A DNA stretch of 63,111 nt, counting the filler, from Folioceros fuciformis (taxonomy: Eukaryota), in NCBI GenBank assembly GCA_049999805.1. It is 17 parts of 17 records of this genome, joined end to end, with 100 filler letters (N's around TTAATTAATTAA, not from the genome) between each part and the next. Parts side by side here need not be neighbours in the genome. Positions count along the whole stretch, not along the records: positions 42,996 to 49,970 come from JBNGIO010004817.1; positions 50,071 to 56,014 come from JBNGIO010004819.1; positions 56,115 to 58,173 come from JBNGIO010004820.1; positions 58,274 to 60,175 come from JBNGIO010004822.1; positions 60,276 to 63,111 come from JBNGIO010004823.1; 12 more parts are not named here. One strand, given 5' to 3'. The notes beneath the pieces are model-generated. The model was not told where the DNA came from. It searched no databases and worked only from the letters and a program-made list of their open reading frames with translations. Shown here piece by piece: positions 49,045-60,537 of this stretch (its first letter is position 1; every line of letters begins with the position of its first letter). The position numbers were made by a program, and so were the translations under genes.

Positions 49045-49970
49045 TGTGGAGGCAAAACCCCGGGCACTGATTGCCAATGGGTTCCACCTTTAGTGGCCAC
49101 ACTTATCCCACTGTCGTTGAGACATTGGGTTTCGTTCCCACGAAGGAGCGATGGGGTTTCTTGCTGCTGTGGATGGAGGGTCAGACTTGATCAACTCAAC
49201 GATGGATTCGAGGGCTCCCCTCCAGCTCCGATCAGGCGTAGGACAGGCCTCGCTGTCCGGTGGTCAGCTGCACCTCTCTCGGTGCCCACAAACTCACTAC
49301 AACGACTCTAACCTCTCAGATCTGCGACTTCCTTCACTCACTCTCTCGCTCCAGCACCAACACCAACAACTACCAGCAACCAGCAACGACACCACTACCT
49401 TGTACACTTCCCTACGGACTCCTCCTACCCGGCAAGAGTCACTAGACTAACCCCAAACAAAAGGAAGAAGGGAACACACTCCCCTCTTGGGTATCTCCTC
49501 CCCACAACCTTACCAGACGCCATGAGACATGGCCGGCCTACAGCACTTGACCAAGCAAGGAACAAGAGTGGACAGGTTGAGAGAAAGACACACCCTTTAC
49601 AATCAAGAGCTAGGGGCAAGCCCCTACACCCTGGTCATTACACCTTGTGATCCTACCAGACACTATACAACCGGCAACACGCTGCCCGCGATCCTACCAG
49701 ACACTGTACAGCCGGCAACACGCTGCCTGCGAGCCTACCAGACACTGTACAGCCGGCAACACACGACTTCCGATCCTACCAGACGTTGCACAGCCGGCAA
49801 CACACTGCAGGTCCTAGACCAAGCAGGGACAGACCACAAGAGCTCAAGAAGAGAGGACCTCCAAGAGCTCACAAAGAGATAGACTGACTCCCAAAAGTGA
49901 ATGACTCCCTCCTCCTACAGGCTCACCTGATCTTATAGGAGCCTCTCTCTCTCTCTGACTTCACCTCTCT
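49045..49970 (+). repeat. Repeat family B inserted in RNase H, containing ~41-bp tandem repeats x4 at about 49649-49805
   Basis: TGTGGAGGCAAAACC start; CCTACCAGACACTGTACAGCCGGCAACAC units. Confidence 0.85.
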
Positions 49971-50070
49971 NNNNNNNNNNNNNNNNNNNNNNNNNNNNNN
50001 NNNNNNNNNNNNNNTTAATTAATTAANNNNNNNNNNNNNNNNNNNNNNNNNNNNNNNNNNNNNNNNNNNN

Positions 50071-50277
50071 GTCTGGGACCAGACGTATACCCACTCTTAT
50101 AACCAAACCAACTATTTTCTAGTCAATTAACGTAATTAGCACAAAGAAAAATAGGAAAAATGACCAGAAAATAAAGAAAAATTAGAAAAAAGAAGTAGAA
50201 AAAGAAAACCAAATCATACCACTATTAACCCTTTTTCAACCAAAACAAACTACTACCCCAAACTTTAGAGGTTCATA
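50071..50277 (-). repeat. Repeat family D copy
   Basis: Reverse complement of about 33594-33800. Confidence 0.85.
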
Positions 50278-52706
50278 ACAATCTTGCTTTGTACCAGGCT
50301 ATATTCCCGTCATTATTCAACTTGTGTTTAAACACCCATTTACAGGTGATAGCCTTCCTGTTTGCAGGTCGAGGAACCAAACACCAAGTGCCATTTTTTA
50401 TGAGACTATTATACTCATCATTGACAACAAATTTCCATTTAGCTTTGTCTAGGCCTGTCAAGGCCTTAGTAAGAGTAGTTGGTTGGAGAGGAACTGCTGG
50501 AGGGGAGGAGACATTTGAAGCTATATGTCGTCAAAAGTCAATGCTGGCATATGGAGGTTCCCTCCAGTTGGAAGGTGGAGGTCTGTGACGAGAAGAACGA
50601 CGGAGTCCAGCATCTTCATCTTGAGGAGGGTCACGGGCAACAGCAGGGGCAGGTATATACAAGTCATCAGCAATTGGTAAGTCAATTGGCAAATTGTCTG
50701 GGACGTTTTCAATGTCCATTTCTGCATCAGCAAATAAGCCATTGAACCCAAATGGATCAGGATCTAAGATCAGTTCTTCTGCTGCAACGGGTTGTGCAAG
50801 ATCTTGGTCCACATCATCAGCAGGTAGATGCTGATGTTGAGCAGGGTTGACGCCAACAAGTTGAAAGGCATTATGTGGGTTTTGGTTCCCTGCAGGTAAC
50901 TCAAGGGCAGGCATGGCTGGCCCGTCAGCATCCATATGATATAAGGACAAGAGACCTGTGGAGCCTTCTACATCACTGACTTCGTCTGGAGTGGATGGTT
51001 GCTCAAGGGAATCATGCTGAATAGCAATGTGAGCAGATTGCAAAGACTCCAGGAAAGTGACACTCCGTGCCAGAATTGGTTGTAGGGTAGCAGGGTCAAT
51101 GAGCTTGTAGGCTTTCACAGTTTCACTGTAGCCAACAAAAACTAATTGTCTTGATCGGTTGTCTAATTTCATGTGTTTCTCTATAGGGACATAAGCATAG
51201 GCTTTTGAGCCAAAGATACTGAGATGAAGAAGCCTGGGCTTCCGCTTCCATAAAACCTCAAAAGGAGTCCTAGCAGCAAGAGAACTTGTGGGCAGTCTAT
51301 TAAGGATGTAAGTAGCAGTGACTACGGCTTTTGCCCAGTATGGCGATGGGATGCCTGACCAGAACAAAATAGCACGCGTCATTCCCATCAAGGTTTGGTT
51401 TTTGCATTCGGCAACACCATTTTGCTGTTGAGTATAGGGCACAATTAGTTGGTGAATTATGCCATGTTTAGAGAAGAGGTTAGAGAATGACTAATTAATG
51501 ATTTCTGTGCCATTATCAGATCTGAAGATTTTTAGCAAGCAGCCTGTTTGACGTTGTGCGGTAATAAGCTAGTCTTGAAACAAGGCAAAGGTTTCGTTCT
51601 TTCTCTTCATGGGAAAAGTCCAAGTGAACCTGCTGTAATCATCTGTGATGGTAAAGTAGTAATCTGCCCCTCCAAGTGAAGAAACCTAAAGGCAGGCAAA
51701 TATGTCAGCATGCACCAGGTCTAGGAGTTGTGAAGATTGATGAGCTGGGGCTGTGGGAAAGGGGAGCTCCTTCTGCTTGGCTAGAGCACAAGTCTCACAA
51801 AGGGGCAACTCCTTCAAACATCTAGGTAATGGCTCACGATAGCAAACTTCTTTGCTGAGGAATGCCAGGGTTTGTCTTTTCACATAACCCAATTGGGCAT
51901 GCCATAGAATAGATTGCTAGACAGCCGTCAGGTTGCCTACACTTGTAGAATAGGCATGAGTCCTATTACCAGGAAGGCAAGTAAATCTAAACGATACAGG
52001 TCGTCCTCTTGTATTGCTTGAAAAACACAATTAGAGGGCGAATCTGGCCTAACAAAGCAACAGGATCCCTCATGAGCAATCAACTGGAAACCATGTTGCT
52101 TGAGCAACCGACTGAAGGACAGCAGGTTCTTTGTCATGATGGGGACATATAGAACATCTACTAGAGTTAAGGTGGAGCCATCAGTGAGTCTAAAATTGCA
52201 GGAACCTTGGCCTAGAATTTGTAGACTAGTGGAATTCTGTTCATCCCCGAGGTACACCCTATCAACGTCAGAATTAGGGGTAAAAGATGCAAACAGAGAT
52301 TCATCCCAACAAATATGGGCAGTCGCTCCAGAATCCAGGTACCAAGCTGCCTTATCACCTGCTAAGGTTGAAAGACATATTGTTAGTATTTTAACCACTG
52401 GCTTGTTGGATTCTGCAGGCTTGTCCCTAACTACAACATTGGTAGCAGGTCGGGATGGTTTACGAGGCTCTCCAGCCTTCTTTTTTCTACACTCATTGGC
52501 CCAATGGCCAGGTTTGCCGCACTAGTTACAGTTACCAGGGCATTTGGAAGAAGGGCCAGCATCGTTGCATTGTCCTTCATTGCGGGGACCCTGGTTGAAT
52601 CCCTAATGTGGCTGTATCTGCGGTTTTCCTTTTTGTGCCCCTTGTCCACGGAAAGCAGTCAGCACTCTATTAGCTTTGGTTTTCCTAGACCCTGACAAGA
52701 GCCTAC

Positions 52707-52999
52707 TGTTGAGTTATCGAGCTCTATATGAGCTAAACTCATGTGGTGTTAGTTATCCCAGTTGGGTTCATACTAGACTAGTTCTAGTTATTAGTGAACT
52801 TAGGATAGTGTAGATTATCCCATATTGAACCTGGAAGTTGTGTAGCCCTAAATGTACTACTTAAATGGAGACCTCGGACCTCCATAGTAAGACAGTGGTG
52901 ATGTGTATTGTTTTCATGGTTGTGATCACCAATACCACCCTCTCTTCTCTCCTCTCCTCTCCTACACTTGCACGTAGACTGGAGTCGATCCTATTGACA
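52707..52999 (+). mobile_element. Solo LTR (293 bp) with 5-bp target-site duplication CCTAC, inside copia gag
   Basis: CCTAC|TGTTGAG...TTGACA|CCTAC. Near-identical to 8729-9021. Confidence 0.95.
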
Positions 53000-54059
53000 C
53001 CTACTTTGCTCTTCCTGGAAGAGAGCCTCCATCACCTCGTCTAAGGTGAGAGTAATTTGTTGTCCTACAACTCCGGCAACCCTAGCCTGTTGAATGGGGA
53101 TATTGTGTGCAGATACAAAGTTCTGGTAATTGGGCGGAAGGCTGGTGAGCAATTGTGCAATCACGTCCACCTCGTCCATAACAGTACCAAGAAAGGTAAG
53201 TTGTGCCCTAAGGTGTCTAAGCTTGCTGGTGTGAGCAAGTACTTTGTCTCCTTCCTGCATTTTAAGTCCATAGAAATCCATACGCAAGGTACAAAGTGTA
53301 AGGACATTGTTTATTCTATACTAACCTTCCAACTGTGCCCAGATTGTACTGGCCTTGGTGAGAAATTCGATTTGTGGAATAAGATCTTCAGTCAGGCCAG
53401 AGACAAGACGGGCAATACCAATGGTGTTCGCATGAGCCCACTTATCTCTTTCTCCTGTGAGGGTTGTAACAGGGGGCTCAGGAATAGACCCATCTACTAC
53501 TCTCCACACTCCTCTAGCTAATAAAGTGGATTTCATCCGAAGGAATAGCGCGGCTACAGAATGAAGTGGTAGAAAGCACAGCGCAGCAGAATACTACCTC
53601 TGCAGAACTTCAGCAACTTGGAGCGTCTTTGGCCACAAAAACGCAAGTTCGGATGTCCTTGGAAAGAAGTAATGCTGCCCTCGAGGAAAAAGCGAGATGG
53701 TTGGACTCCTGCCACACCTCATACCTCTGGCCATTAAATCTGTCATTTTCTTTTAATTCGGAAGTGAAGACAGGTTGGTAGCCAACTAAGGGTGTAGGTG
53801 GTGGCGGAAGAGGTGGGTTAACGCTAGTCATGGTAGTAGGATGACCTTAGCCTATGTGAAAGGCTATCTGGTTAGCACCAAAGAGGTTGACTAACCAGGA
53901 TATCTGCCTGCGCAATGGAAATGAACAGGCATATACACGGAAGGGGAGGCATCAAAAAGACACCAAGAGACATGGTAGCACTGAAACGGTAGGTAACGAA
54001 AAACCCTAACTTCTAAGGGGTATACCGGTTTACATGAGTTGGACATTCACATGAAAACC

Positions 54060-54488
54060 CTAACTGTTTTGTGCATCCGGCTTTCTAGGAGTGGGCAGCC
54101 GGGTTGGAAGATACAATCCCACTGTTGGCTGCACCATGGAAAGGGGTTCAAGATCATCCAATTGCTGGAATTCCCTGAGAAGAAGCTCCTGGCGCTCACC
54201 AATCTGATCCAATTGTCCACTGATCTGATCAATTTTTGCAATTATAGTTGAATTTTGTTGCAAAAATTGCATAATTTGTGCGTCCTGCATAAGGAGCACA
54301 TTAGTCAACTGATCCTGCAAATTGTTAACGTGCTAGAGCAGGTAGTCATTTTCTACAGCATCATCCAATTTGTGAATTCCTGGTACAGCAGGTCCTTGCT
54401 GTAATTTAGGCAAATTAGGCTGATATGAGTGCCGTTTTTGTGTAGATATATCTGCAAAGGTACGGCGACTACGCCTACAATGAGGCAT
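54060..54488 (-). pseudogene. Extra sense-strand ORF in the copia 5' leader (142 codons, one internal TAG), coiled-coil-like
   Basis: MPHCRRSRR...YLL*HVNNLQDQLTNVLLMQDAQIMQFLQQNSTIIAKIDQISGQLDQIGERQELLL. Confidence 0.45.
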
Positions 54489-55747
54489 GCTATAGAAGAC
54501 ATGCAGCAACCATATATGAAATTATTCAGACATTGTGACTGATAGTTGTATGCAGGAGGAGCAATCCGGGCTTGAGCATAGTTCTTAAATTATTTAGAAA
54601 TAATTGTGTGACTTTGCTGAAGTTTCTATTGCTCTTCCTCTACAAAAGTGTCAGCTTTTGTTCTCCTAATAAAATTAATGGTTGGAATTACTGGGATTCC
54701 ATATATAATTTCGTAAGAAATCTCTCATGCTTCTATGCAGCAGAATTTAACATGATCCGAGGTTGAAATCCATATCTGAATTTGAGGTCCAACCTTTGTG
54801 ATGATTTTAATGGCAGCATAATCATAGTTACCATCAAATGTAAGATGATGCCAGTCCATACATGGGTTTGGTTATCATCCATACATGATTATAAAGAGCC
54901 TTGCTCTGATACCATGATATAAATGGAGAGCAAGAGAGATGAGTAATCATAAGGCAATGGGATAAAATAATAATAATACAAAGTCATGTAAAGAGTGTAT
55001 ATTATCTACACTAGGCACCCCTTCGCTAAAGTGACCCTTGAATAATCACTAAACTTAACTAACCACAACTAACCAAGGGTAAACCCTAAGCGAGTGAGGT
55101 TACCCCATGAACACATCATCCGAAACAATTTATATACCATGCACAAAGCTCATGGTGGGGATGCCGAAGATATTGTACATGATGCTATTGATGAATAACT
55201 TCAAGAGATGGGTAGCCCTCATCTTATTCTACATGTTATGTGACAATTTATCTAGCCTTAATGATGAAAACCTCAAGGTCCACCGATAGATTGCCGCACC
55301 TTGCACAAACCATTACCTCGTATACAGGCACTTTTGAAGCCAATGCACCTTAATCGCAATAAAGCAGTTAAGCGCAGCTTATGTTCGTTTAAGCACCTAG
55401 TATTCTAATCATAATATTTGAAACTGGGAGTGGAAGAATCACTAGAAGCCTAGGTCGTGGACTTTGAACAAAAGTTGGTTTTTTTTGAGATCATGCTTAA
55501 TCATGTGATCTTGGAGAAATTAGTGGTTTAGAGGCAATATACTGTATTGCATTTTTAACCACACGATCAACGATGTATTCCTTTCGGAGAATTTGAAGAC
55601 TTTATAGAAAAAAAGAGATGGAAGTTTCATCTACACTGTGACAAGGGGAAAAGCCAAAAATGGGGGCCTAACCCCCTCGTCCACCTAGCCTATAACTCCC
55701 TATCGCCCCTAAGATTTTGCATTTAGGTATAAGGTATGGCTTACTTA

Positions 55748-56014
55748 CTACAGGGGCCACTGAAGCTGCATCCACTGCGCTTGATGTCCAAAAAATCGCT
55801 TTTGCCAAGGCCTTTTGTAGCGCAATCGAAACCTATGTTGGAAAAATGCCACCACACCGGATAGAGGAAGCCCTACGCCGCTCCTGTTGACGTGATGGGC
55901 CTTCGTGCAGGTCTTTAAAAACGTAGAAAAATCCTTACCCATGGCCCCATGTGTTTCAATAGCAAGGGGGATGAACAAGTGACCCTACTGCATGGGCCTG
56001 TACTTGCAAGTCTT
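55748..56014 (-). mobile_element. C-terminal restriction-like endonuclease region of a CRE-like non-LTR retrotransposon
   Basis: K..KY....*GHLFIPLAIETHGAMG...FL is the signature of RLE non-LTR elements. Confidence 0.75.
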
Positions 56015-56114
56015 NNNNNNNNNNNNNNNNNNNNNNNNNNNNNNNNNNNNNNNNNNNNTTAATTAATTAANNNNNNNNNNNNNNNNNNNNNNNNNNNNNN
56101 NNNNNNNNNNNNNN

Positions 56115-56359
56115 TAGTCCCTGGGGCGACCGGGTGGTCGAGGAGTCGTCTGGTGGGAGCAGTAAGGGGGCTTGGTAAGGTCCGAGCACTGGACGTGTGT
56201 GTGTGAGTCAGTCAAGCTTTAGGTGTTAATTGACTTTAGAAGCTAACCTATGTAGTTTAACACAAATCATTCCCTTGGAATCGAATCCCAGAGCTATAAC
56301 GACATAGAGGGCTTGTGTGGACCTCGCGGTACCCCCGGGTACCATATTTTAACCCCACA
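56115..56359 (-). repeat. Repeat family C copy
   Basis: Reverse complement of about 10498-10740. Confidence 0.85.
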
Positions 56360-57506
56360 TTTTGCCAGTGTCATCCAACTGCCCTGCGCTAATCATGCTT
56401 TTGGTCAACTTCAGAACATGCCTAACGTCCTTCAGTACGAATGAGGATCCATTGTCGAACTTTAGTTGCACATCACCAACGCCTGCAATCTCGCATGCGT
56501 AGTTATTTCCAAGCCGAACACATCCTTTCCTAGAAGCATCATAAGTGCTAAACCACTCCTTATGCAGAGTAACATGGAAAGATGCTCCAGAGTCAATTAT
56601 CCAATTAGAGAATTAGTGACTCTCCACGGCTGTTAGTTGTGCAGAATTGAAGGAAGAAGAGGTAAGAACATCTCCATCAGCAACAGAGTTCACCTCGTCA
56701 CGCTTGACACTCGGACTTGCCTTGTTGTCACTCTGCTTGTTCTCCTTTCCTTTGTCCTTCTTGAACTTCTTGTAGTCCCTTCTGATGTGACCCTTATTGT
56801 GACAATAGTAACACTCAACATTGTTACGACTAGGAGATTTACTACGGGAAAGACTTCGCTCCTTGTACTTCCCCTTTGAAGTGGACCTTCCTCTCACCAT
56901 GAGAGCATTGGAACCTTTTGAAGGTTCCATATTCTTCCTGTTTACCTCCTCTGGTAACAGGCTACCTTCTACATTTACAACGGTAAGACCACTAGCAGGA
57001 GCGGAATTACTCAGACCTGTACGAAAGGTGTCCCAGCTCTCTGGTAATGTGACCAACAAAAACATAGCTCTCACGGAATTTGGGAACGAGATACCTTGAG
57101 ATGAGAGCTGGCTGAAAATGGTATTGAACTTGTTTAGATGATCGGACATCCTCGTCCCTTCCTTCATCTTCAAGTCCACCAGTTGTTTCAACCAGTACAC
57201 CTAAGAAGCCGCACTTTGCTTCTCATACAGGTCACACAACTTCTGCCATACCTCGTAACTTGTGGTCTTGTCTTTCACGTTGAAGTAGACCGACTTCGAC
57301 AATGTTAGCATGATGGTAAACCTAGCAAGCTCATCTAGATCCTGCCACTCATCCTGAGTCATGCTAACAGGATTCACTCCTAGCAGCTTGATGGGCTTGA
57401 TCTACTTCTTTTGTACTAGAACATTATACACTTGTTCTTTCCAGAACGGGAAGTTAGTACCATCTAACTTCTCAATATTGAACATGACGTTTTCTGAGGA
57501 TGTCAT
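56360..57506 (-). mobile_element. Tork-like copia gag and protease, decayed
   Basis: FNIEKLDGTNFPFW, LVDLKMKEG, LLVTLPESW, CYYCHNKGH, WIIDSGASFH. Confidence 0.92.
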
Positions 57507-57701
57507 GTTTCAAAATCAATGCAAATCAACCAAAAAGCTAGTTAGAAAGCGGTCGAAATGAAATGTAGATTCTTTTACCCTCACTCTCGTTTTGAATCGG
57601 CTGTCCACAAGCCAACTTGACGGGCCTAAATCCTCCAATTGAGATCTCGCTGCCTTGCGGTCAGGATCCCAACTAGCCTGCACTCGCGTCGCTTGTGTTA
57701 C

Positions 57702-57975
57702 TGTTGAGACAAATAATTAAATATTATTTGTTGGTCATTGCCATATACCTAGATAAAGTAAACCCTAAATGAGATGGTTGTTAGTTACACCCGTTCACAA
57801 GACTTGGACATATATATTTATTCTTGTATCAATACTTAAATGATATAGAGTCCATCTGTTTTTTCAGTGCATCTGATGCGGTTATGTCTCCAATCTCTTG
57901 TGTAAATCCATGAAATTCAACATAGTATCAGAGCTACCTAGTGTAAATCCATGAAACTCAACATGGTATCAGAGC
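57702..57975 (+). mobile_element. LTR (TGTTGAG...TCAACA) with a tandemly duplicated LTR-end/PBS
   Basis: A 41-bp unit (GTGTAAATCCATGAAA.TCAACAT.GTATCAGAGCTACCTA) occurs twice. Confidence 0.8.
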
Positions 57976-58273
57976 TACCTAGTTGCGATCCAGTGCCCAC
58001 AATCTTTATTGAGTTTTGATTAGCATTTTCTCAATTATTCATGGAAATTGCTAGTCTTTACTTGAACAAATCTGGAATGTTGGGCATGGCCTGATGCATT
58101 GTAGGCAATATGCCTTGCAAGGATGCAGGTAGGAAGTCATGGCTAGCTTTCGCTGAGTCCAGCAGGTCTAGGCNNNNNNNNNNNNNNNNNNNNNNNNNNN
58201 NNNNNNNNNNNNNNNNNTTAATTAATTAANNNNNNNNNNNNNNNNNNNNNNNNNNNNNNNNNNNNNNNNNNNN

Positions 58274-58711
58274 AGGTCCATCTCTGCCAATTGCCTTCTA
58301 CTGGGAGCCCATGAATATGAGGCCACAGTAGTTTCCTGGCATTCCAAGAAACAGCAAGTTGTGGCCCTATCATCAACAGAGGCAGAGTACGCTGCTACAG
58401 CTACTGCTGCCCAAGACATTGTATATGCAAGGGAGCTGCTCTCCTCACTAGGTGAAAACCAAACTGCACCCACGCTCTTACTGTGTGATAATCAGTCCGC
58501 TATAGGATTAGCACAGAATCCTATCATGCATGCTAGAACTAAACACATAGAAGTGAAGCATCACTTCATTAGACAGGTGCTACTAAATGGGCAGGCTACT
58601 TTACAGTATGTGCCTACCAACGACAATGTGTCGGACCTGCTAACCAAAGCCTTAGCAAAAGAAAAACACGACAGCTTCTGTAGAGCACTAGGCCTGGTAG
58701 TAGGAAAATAG
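58274..58711 (+). mobile_element. Copia RNase H C-terminus
   Basis: SWHSKKQQVVALSSTEAEY, CDNQSAI, HARTKHIE, DLLTKAL. Confidence 0.93.
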
Positions 58712-58861
58712 CACCAAGAAACCATCCCACGAGGTCAGCACTTGCAAGGACTTCATGTATACCTTCAGGACTGCAAGCTAGCTGCTCTGAAAGCGGCGAG
58801 TTGGCATCTTTGTGGAGCACAAGTACCAGGGTTCTGCGCAAGGCGGAAAAGGGTCAGGACT

Positions 58862-59212
58862 TCACCAAAACAGGAGGAAAACCAGCAGCAAGTACCTTGC
58901 AGAAGCCTGTGGCGGCGCATCATAGCGAAGAATGAGCCGCCCCTCGTCTGTGAAGTCTGATCCGGCGTACAAGAAGCAGTCCATACAATTGGGCAGCATT
59001 CTGAAGGACGCATCTGGTGCTAGCTGAGGAAATCCCTGAAGGCGCTTCCAACGAGCGTACGCGGCCTCCAGTTCAGCCTCAGCAGTGTACAAATTTGCAA
59101 ACTCAACGCACAAGGAGCAGGGTCTCCGCCGACGGAGCTCAAGAACAACCAGCACGATGACCAGCAACATCACGCAAGCGACCAAAACCTGGCCATCAGC
59201 AGAGGAATCCAT
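58862..59212 (-). CDS. Antisense accessory ORF (116 aa): signal-anchor helix, RRRR and two CxxC
   Basis: ATG-initiated and intact. Lies between RNase H and the PPT AAGTGGGAG (59295-59303) / LTR start TGTGGAAAA (59304). Confidence 0.6.
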   Translation of the reverse strand: MDSSADGQVLVACVMLLVIVLVVLELRRRRPCSLCVEFANLYTAEAELEAAYARWKRLQGFPQLAPDASFRMLPNCMDCFLYAGSDFTDEGRLILRYDAPPQASARYLLLVFLLFW

Positions 59213-59747
59213 GGCGGCGGCAGTAAGCGCAAGCGAAAACCCTAGCTGCAGATCGAAACCCGGCGAGACATGAAGAATTAACGAAGTTCTGGCTAAGTGG
59301 GAGTGTGGAAAATGCGTGAATAGTTAGGTTTAACATTTAATAGCCAGACTTAATTAATTAATTATTTATTAGGGCGAAAGTCGGGGTATGAAACGCTGGG
59401 AGCGTTTCATAGAGTCATAGCTTTTCATAAGGGTCGCAACCCTAACCAACAGCCACCACCGAACCGGTGCACGCACTCTCTCTCCTGGCTTAAGGCCACT
59501 TTTGGCCACGCCTAATCTTAATCTTGTCATTTCTACTAATGATGTGCATGTAATTCGATCCTAGACCACAAATTTGTTACTGATCTCCTCACGAAAGGTT
59601 TAACTAAACACAAACACTACTATCATATGGAGGGCATGGGGCTAAGGGACTACTCAACTTATTTTGAGTGATAGTCAACACAAAAAAAAACACAGGAGCA
59701 GATGGATGAAGCGTGAGGGATATACCCAATCATCTGAATACCTGTCC

Positions 59748-60152
59748 TCAGTTGTCAAAGTCCAACCCCTTGAAATTGTTCAGTGTTCTGATGGTGCCCT
59801 CCAGCTGATCGACGAGGCCCTGTCGCCTTTCCTCAGTTTGCTCACGAGTTGGAGGTTCAGAGATGTGGGTGTCCTTGTCTCTGACTCTGCCAATCAGCAA
59901 AGACATGTTCAGTTCCACATGGTAGTTCCCTAGGCGCACATGTTGGCCAACCACGTGCTTGTTGTCCCATTCCCAGCCTTTGATTGCCTCCTCTTTACTC
60001 AGAGGAGTGACCTCTGATGAGGAAGACGACCCTGTCCCCATTGCTAATGGAGACTGCGGGTCATCAGGATGGTTGCGAGCAGCTTCACTCCTCCTTTGCC
60101 TTCTTGCAGAAGGTACTTGGACCTCCCCGTTGCTTCTCCTTCTCATGATCAA
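59748..60152 (-). CDS. Putative antisense ORF behind another copia RNase H tail (about 59575-59671, +)
   Basis: The + strand reads TDLLTKGLTKHKHYYHMEGMGL...YFE*, similar to the end of pol at 29954. A 134-codon ORF lies on the opposite strand. Confidence 0.5.
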   Translation of the reverse strand: MIMRRRSNGEVQVPSARRQRRSEAARNHPDDPQSPLAMGTGSSSSSEVTPLSKEEAIKGWEWDNKHVVGQHVRLGNYHVELNMSLLIGRVRDKDTHISEPPTREQTEERRQGLVDQLEGTIRTLNNFKGLDFDN

Positions 60153-60373
60153 TCAGAAAATAAAGATGTAGGAGCNNNNNNNNNNNNNNNNNNNNNNNNN
60201 NNNNNNNNNNNNNNNNNNNTTAATTAATTAANNNNNNNNNNNNNNNNNNNNNNNNNNNNNNNNNNNNNNNNNNNNAAGTCCAAGGAGATAAGAACCAAGT
60301 TGGAGGCAAAGTCAGTGGAGTGTATTTTTGTAGGTTATGACTTGGAGAGAAAAGCTTTTCGATTGTATGACAC

Positions 60374-60537
60374 TGACCCCCAAACCCTACAATACTTTTT
60401 TGCCTAACATAGCAAAGTCTAATAAGCTATATATATATATATATTAATCATAACCTTAATCACTCTTACCACTAATTAGTACAAACTCAATAAGCTGGAT
60501 TAGCACTAATTAATCTCAACATTAATCATGCTTAACA
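60374..60537 (-). repeat. Inverted partial copy (first ~163 bp) of LTR 62473-62872, fused to a + strand integrase fragment (60276-60373)
   Basis: Reverse complement matches 62473 to about 62632. The left flank reads KLEAKSVECIFVGYDLERKAFRLYD. Confidence 0.85.

Larger units (their letters stand above)
50278..55118 (-). mobile_element. Ty1/copia 5' half: 5' LTR (54915-55118), PBS (54903-54914), long leader, gag-PR-INT and start of RT
   Basis: TGATGT...ATATCA followed by TGGTATCAGAGC; DRFNGQRYEVW, WYLDSGAT, VHADI, QQQNGVAE, KWVFK. Confidence 0.92.
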
